Positions 31,748-36,197 of a stretch of DNA of 36,197 nt are shown piece after piece. Within the stretch, counting starts at the first letter, position 1. Each line of letters opens with the position of its first letter. Below the pieces are notes generated by a model, which saw only the letters and a program-made list of their open reading frames with translations, had not been told where the DNA came from and searched no databases. The position numbers and the translations under genes were made by a program. The DNA lies in the NCBI GenBank assembly GCA_937889705.1, contig CALBYO010000057.1, positions 1-36,197 of the forward strand, given 5' to 3'. Source of the DNA: an uncultured Bacillota bacterium (GTDB lineage: Bacteria > Bacillota > Clostridia > Christensenellales > UBA1242).

Positions 31748-34108
31748 CTATTTAATTTTAAATATCGTTTTTAATTCTTCTTTTGTTTTATCACTTGCTC
31801 CGAGAGCGTCAATTTTGCTTTCTAGGTTTTCAACATTGCTATCAACTTTTATTCCAGCACCAGCCACCTGTTTTAATATGTGTTCTGATGTTGCAAGAGT
31901 TGCCAAAACTTCGTCAGCATTTTCTTCCGTTAGGCCTTCTTCGCTCGTCAGCAAATTAGCAAGAGATGATGCAACATTCTTTTCGTCAACAACTTTTTCA
32001 TAGTTGACTTTGTTTCTCAAATCTGCATCGCCAAGTGTTTCACCAACTTTTTCAACAATATTGTTAAATTGCTCCTCTGAAATATTGTCAGCGCTCGTTG
32101 CAATATTGTTCAAAAGGTCAGCCGCCTTTTCATTTGTCAATTCTTCACCACTTGCTATTTCTTTTAACGATGAAGCAATATCTTTTGCAGAACTTGCAAG
32201 TTCTTTGTCAAGTCCAATAACTGTCATGACATCTTCAAGTTCTGGCGTTGTTGAGCCTTCCACCATTGAAATCGCTTTCACGGCAAGCAACACTTCATGC
32301 CAGTTAGCACCTTCATAATCAATGTTCTCAATATACTTCTTAACAAAGTGATCAACAACAGCAATGTAAACATTTGAGAATGGTCCACCGTTTACAACAT
32401 CTTGCTCCGTAGCGTCAACAACCGTGTTTTCCCTTGCAATAAGTTGTCCGTTTTCATCGTATGTTTTAAATGTGTTTGTTTGAAGCGCTGTCAACAAGTC
32501 TGCAACTTGATTAACTTGCTCTAAACTCATATCTTTAATATCAGTCGATTCCGCTTCGTCAAGCATATCATAGCAATCTAAAATTGCGAGTAAAACATTT
32601 CTTATGCCCGTTTTTTCTTCGTCCTTAAATACTTCGCCCCTGAAATTCTTTAATGGTTTTTCAAGTTCAAGCATAGTGTTAATCTTGTCCGCACCATAAT
32701 TCAAACCTGTTGTTCCAAGAACTTTAACAAGTTTTGCACTGTAAATGCCGTCCAAAACCGTGTTCAAAATTGAATTTTCATCTTTTGTTAAATATTCTTT
32801 AAGCATTTCGCCTGTCAAATTCTTTCCATAAATCTCATCAAACAATCCGGACGAAAATACGCTTTTCATTATTTTAAACACTTCGTCCAAATCACTTTCA
32901 AATGAAGAAATAAACCCATTTTCGCTGTAATATTCCATCAAAACATCAAGTTCTTGCTGCGTGATTTCATATCCTGCAATTTCTTTAAACATCTCACTAT
33001 CATATAAATAATTTTCAAGCGCATAAGGCATCAATTCTGGAACAAGAGATGACATCAAATTCGTTTCCAAAAGTTTATCAACGCTTGCGTTAATTTTGTC
33101 AAAATCAATATCTTTCCAACCGTCAGAATCCTTGCCAAAATTGAAAATATCCATCATTTCGTCATAAGTGCCCGTGATAGAAAAGATTTCTTGCCTGATT
33201 TTAACATCTTTGTTTTCAACACTGATTTTTGTTAGTTCGTCAAAAACATCGTTGTTTAAACCACCCATGGCAACAAATTTTGCCACAAAAGTGTTGTTAT
33301 AACTATCAAAATATTTCAAAATATCGTCACCAACATAATATCTAATCAGGTCGCCACTTTTTTGATTTAAGTTTTCACTTTCATCTGCCGTTTCTTCTGC
33401 CGATACAACAATTTCATTGCTTGTCGCGGTCAAATCTCCAACAATTCCGCAAACCGAACTGATTGGCAAAAACAAAACAAACGCCAAAACAATACCTTGA
33501 ACAAGCCCAACAACCGCACCAAGCAATCTTGCGCGTTTAGGCTTTTTCAAAACAGTTTGACTTTGCGATGCAACAACCTCACCGCGTTTTTTTGCTTTCT
33601 TTTCAATTTTTTGTTGCTTTTTTATCTGTTTTTCTATTCTTGAACTTTTAAGTGCATACCTTTGAATAATGTAATACACAAAAAAGCCAATCAGCCTGAA
33701 AATCCACGTTAAAATTGCAAATACAACTAAACTAATCACAACATAAGGAATATTTTCAATAAGTTGCATTAATGCAGGACTCGCATTTGCCGCCGCCTCA
33801 ACGCCATCAATGTTAAATAATAACGACTTCACAACATCGGATAAATTGTTTGCAACCGCGCCGTTGTATTCAACACCCATAAACGAAACATCAACGCCCA
33901 TTAACGCCTTTGCAATCGGAGCAGTTAAAAGCCCAGCCACAATGATAAAAACAATAAGCGTTCCCAGCCTAATTGACGACCTAACCAGCCCGCGTTTTAA
34001 ACCAGTAAGCACCGCGCCAATAATTATAAAGAAAAATAAAAGATAACTCATAAGGGTTATAAACAGTGTCCAGTTAAACATAGCCGCACCAATAAAATTC
34101 AAACCCAT
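31748..34108 (-). CDS. CvpA-domain membrane protein with a very long acidic C-terminal extension (786 aa)
   Basis: Track ORF 31748..34129 starts at TTG. ATG 34108 lies 5 nt after AAGGAG. The N-terminal approximately 200 aa has 4-5 TM helices in a CvpA-like arrangement plus a K-rich linker. A further TM helix is followed by about 570 aa of D/E/L/N-rich helical sequence. Confidence 0.7.
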   Translation of the reverse strand: MGLNFIGAAMFNWTLFITLMSYLLFFFIIIGAVLTGLKRGLVRSSIRLGTLIVFIIVAGLLTAPIAKALMGVDVSFMGVEYNGAVANNLSDVVKSLLFNIDGVEAAANASPALMQLIENIPYVVISLVVFAILTWIFRLIGFFVYYIIQRYALKSSRIEKQIKKQQKIEKKAKKRGEVVASQSQTVLKKPKRARLLGAVVGLVQGIVLAFVLFLPISSVCGIVGDLTATSNEIVVSAEETADESENLNQKSGDLIRYYVGDDILKYFDSYNNTFVAKFVAMGGLNNDVFDELTKISVENKDVKIRQEIFSITGTYDEMMDIFNFGKDSDGWKDIDFDKINASVDKLLETNLMSSLVPELMPYALENYLYDSEMFKEIAGYEITQQELDVLMEYYSENGFISSFESDLDEVFKIMKSVFSSGLFDEIYGKNLTGEMLKEYLTKDENSILNTVLDGIYSAKLVKVLGTTGLNYGADKINTMLELEKPLKNFRGEVFKDEEKTGIRNVLLAILDCYDMLDEAESTDIKDMSLEQVNQVADLLTALQTNTFKTYDENGQLIARENTVVDATEQDVVNGGPFSNVYIAVVDHFVKKYIENIDYEGANWHEVLLAVKAISMVEGSTTPELEDVMTVIGLDKELASSAKDIASSLKEIASGEELTNEKAADLLNNIATSADNISEEQFNNIVEKVGETLGDADLRNKVNYEKVVDEKNVASSLANLLTSEEGLTEENADEVLATLATSEHILKQVAGAGIKVDSNVENLESKIDALGASDKTKEELKTIFKIK

Positions 34109-34156
34109 AACGACTCCTTTTTTTTGCAATACTATATATGCAAATTAATTATTATA

Positions 34157-34185
34157 AGTATAAAATATAATCTTATATTTTGCAA
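34157..34185 (-). promoter_or_regulatory. sigma-A type promoter of the CvpA-like/rsmH transcription unit
   Basis: Minus strand reads TTGCAA (34185-34180), 17 nt, then TATACT (34162-34157). Confidence 0.65.
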
Positions 34186-34210
34186 GCATATTTCTATTAT
34201 GCTCAAAACC

Positions 34211-34245
34211 AACAAAAAACAACCCGATTTTTTCATCAGGTTGTT
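34211..34245 (-). terminator. terminator of the LRR gene
   Basis: Minus strand AACAACCUGA-UGAAAAAA-UCGGGUUGUU followed by UUUUUG. Confidence 0.8.
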
Positions 34246-34270
34246 TATGTCAATCTTTCTGGTTTTTTAA

Positions 34271-36160
34271 TTATGCAATCGCTTGAATTTTATCTGCAAA
34301 ATTTTTCCAATCTTCGGCATTTTTATAAGAAGATAAACTTGCTTCTGGAACATAAATTGCAATAATATTAGAAAAATCATCATAATCTGACAACGCATTA
34401 GAACCTAATTTTGGTGGTGTTGTTGCTTTACAAATCAATGTTAAATTCTTACAAGATTTGAATGCAGATTGATCAATCAAAGTTACGCTGTCTGGAATCA
34501 CAATTGTTAAATTTTCACCATTAAATTGCCACATGCCAATATATATCACGCCATCTGGAATCACAAATGGAGTCGAGAATGTGCAGTTCATAAAACAACT
34601 GCTATAAATTAATTTACATGCTGGGTTTATTGAAGAAACTTCTTGCGACTTGTCTACAACTTGCCATGCCATTAAATATTTATTTGTTTCATTTCCTAAA
34701 TATGCGATGTTTCCTTCTATTATGGTTGGTTGCAGTTTGTTACAGCTACTGAATTCGTTTCCTTCTAAACTTTTTAAACCATTTCCAATTGAAACTGATA
34801 GCAAATTTTCGCAGCCACTAAATGCATGATGGCCTATCCAAATTACACTATCTGGAATTACAACTGATGTAATACCAGTATACTGGAATGCATAAGCTCC
34901 AATACTAGATACACTATTCCCTATTGTTAGGGTTACCAAATTCCTGCATTCAGAAAAAGCATAAATACCGATATTGGTTACATTATTTGAGATTGTAACT
35001 CTAGTTAAACTATTGCATTTTTCAAATGCATGTTGATTAATTTCAGTGCAATCTTCTGCAATAATAAGCACAGATTTTGTTTTATCAATTAATGTTAACG
35101 CTATTTTAGTGTCTCCGTCAACATAATATGCAACTCCACCCTCTTTTACAATTCTTGTAGATTCATCAACACTTGTGTGTATAATTTTCGCATAGTATAC
35201 TACACTTTTTGTTATATTTAAAGAACTTAAATTATATACTTCTGCTAAAGCATAGCAATCACCGAACGCCTGATTTCCGATGCTAGTTACTTTTGCTGGG
35301 ATTGTAACACTAGTTAAACTACCACAACCATCAAATGCATACTGATTAATTTCTGTACAATCATTTGAAATTATTGCTGATGTGCTTGTTTTGTCCAACA
35401 TTACTAATGCTATTTTAGTATCTCCATCAACAAAGTAAGCAATTCCATTTTCTTTCACTATTTGTGTTTGATCATCAGCATTTGTGTGAATTACTCTCGC
35501 GAAATAACCAATATAACCATTGGAAGTGTCTCCTTTTGTTATATTTAAAGAACTTAAATTATATATTTCTGCCAAAGCGTAACAATGATCAAATGCTTGA
35601 TTCCCAATATTTATATTTGTAGCATTATTTAATAATTTAACTGAAGTTAAATTTCTACATTCCCAAAATGCACTATTGCCAATACTAACATCGCCATTTC
35701 CTAATACGACTTCCTGTAAGCCACACCCAGAAAATGCTCTTTCACCAATATTGTTCATAACACCTTTTATTGAACTTAAACTGCTACAGTTATAAAACGC
35801 ATAACTACCTATACTAACTACTCCACTACCTAATGCAACTTCTTTTAAACTGCTGCACTCGTAAAATGTTTCTTCACCTATGCTAGTGACACTATCTGGA
35901 ATAGTTATTGAAGTTAAACTGCTGCATCCGTAAAATGCCTGTGCGCCGATCTTGGTTACGCCATTTTGAATAGTTACCGATGTAAAATCTTTCCCCCTAA
36001 AAATACCAGATCCAATTTCTTTCACAGCATAACTTGTTGAAAATATGCTTGATTCGCATAGTATAGCATATTCAATTTCCATTTTTGGATAAGCTTTCAT
36101 AAACTCTTCATTTGAAAGATTAAAAATATTATCTTCAAAAAATGTCATGAATTCTTCCAT
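34271..36160 (-). CDS. BspA-type leucine-rich-repeat protein (LRR_5-like repeats)
   Basis: Track ORF of 629 aa. Many repeats of the form AFxxCxxLTSVTIPxSVTSIGxxAF. The reading frame stays open from 36160 to the window end (..PCKINGGDTINS-MEEF) and there is no SD before ATG 36160, so the true start may lie outside the window. Confidence 0.8.
   Translation of the reverse strand: MEEFMTFFEDNIFNLSNEEFMKAYPKMEIEYAILCESSIFSTSYAVKEIGSGIFRGKDFTSVTIQNGVTKIGAQAFYGCSSLTSITIPDSVTSIGEETFYECSSLKEVALGSGVVSIGSYAFYNCSSLSSIKGVMNNIGERAFSGCGLQEVVLGNGDVSIGNSAFWECRNLTSVKLLNNATNINIGNQAFDHCYALAEIYNLSSLNITKGDTSNGYIGYFARVIHTNADDQTQIVKENGIAYFVDGDTKIALVMLDKTSTSAIISNDCTEINQYAFDGCGSLTSVTIPAKVTSIGNQAFGDCYALAEVYNLSSLNITKSVVYYAKIIHTSVDESTRIVKEGGVAYYVDGDTKIALTLIDKTKSVLIIAEDCTEINQHAFEKCNSLTRVTISNNVTNIGIYAFSECRNLVTLTIGNSVSSIGAYAFQYTGITSVVIPDSVIWIGHHAFSGCENLLSVSIGNGLKSLEGNEFSSCNKLQPTIIEGNIAYLGNETNKYLMAWQVVDKSQEVSSINPACKLIYSSCFMNCTFSTPFVIPDGVIYIGMWQFNGENLTIVIPDSVTLIDQSAFKSCKNLTLICKATTPPKLGSNALSDYDDFSNIIAIYVPEASLSSYKNAEDWKNFADKIQAIA
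34958..35596 (-). repeat. tandem duplication of a roughly 105-109-codon module inside the LRR gene
   Basis: Residues 189-297 and 298-401 align (AFDHCYALAEIYNLSSLNITK...DGDTKIAL...DCTEINQYAF versus AFGDCYALAEVYNLSSLNITK...DGDTKIAL...DCTEINQHAF). DNA stretches near 35207 and 35534 are almost identical. Confidence 0.8.
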
Positions 36161-36197
36161 CGAATTGATTGTATCGCCACCATTAATTTTGCATGGA

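Noticed and set aside
1-36197. Scanned for CRISPR arrays, rRNA, IS transposases, reverse transcriptase (retron, DGR or group II intron) and toxin-antitoxin pairs of known type.
   Set aside because: I saw no regularly spaced direct repeats, no rRNA-like sequence, no DDE or RT motifs, and no recognisable TA families apart from the speculative mini-ORF at 5637-5783.

Overview
Low-GC Firmicutes (Clostridia-like) chromosomal window with three zones. (1) 1-7440 is the right-hand part of an integrative mobile element. It has a large serine recombinase (5794-7302) at its edge. An autoregulated LexA/CI-type S24 repressor (4353-4952) heads an operon with a Cys-rich KTR zinc-ribbon protein and a Tn916 Orf7/Orf8-like sigma-region-4 pair. 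After a 372-bp untranslated gap comes a cargo operon of proteins I cannot place: an 86-aa basic protein, a 119-aa protein, a 691-aa two-TM surface protein, and a lipoprotein that runs off the left edge. (2) 7440-11750 is a junction/accessory zone. It holds a 192-bp direct repeat carrying a 21-nt tRNA-Gln 3' fragment, an intact tRNA-Gln(UUG), a PNP/UDP-family nucleoside phosphorylase, tRNA-Val(CAC) plus tRNA-Gln(CUG), and four copies of one GC-rich terminator hairpin module. It also holds a divergent XRE-repressor/SLOG(DUF1273) pair with twin palindromic operators, a Lys-poor Cys-containing beta-rich 220-aa protein, and a Smr-like/NUDIX pair. (3) 11750-34130 holds conserved core genes, nearly all on the minus strand: efp, a TIM-barrel protein, truB, DHH/DHHA1 (NrnA-like), rbfA, infB, ylxR, nusA, rimP, rpoZ, rlmN, fmt, def, priA, metK (with SAM-I riboswitch), trpS (+), an Eis-like GNAT (+), uvrB, rsmH and a 786-aa CvpA-domain membrane protein. 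The window ends with a BspA-type leucine-rich-repeat protein. I saw no CRISPR array, rRNA, transposase or reverse transcriptase. The best candidates for something undescribed are the SOS-type regulatory arm plus unknown cargo operon of the element, the SD-sequestering inverted repeat and mini-ORF in front of the recombinase, and the repeat architecture at the tRNA-Gln junction. All family assignments are from motif recognition by eye, not from searches.
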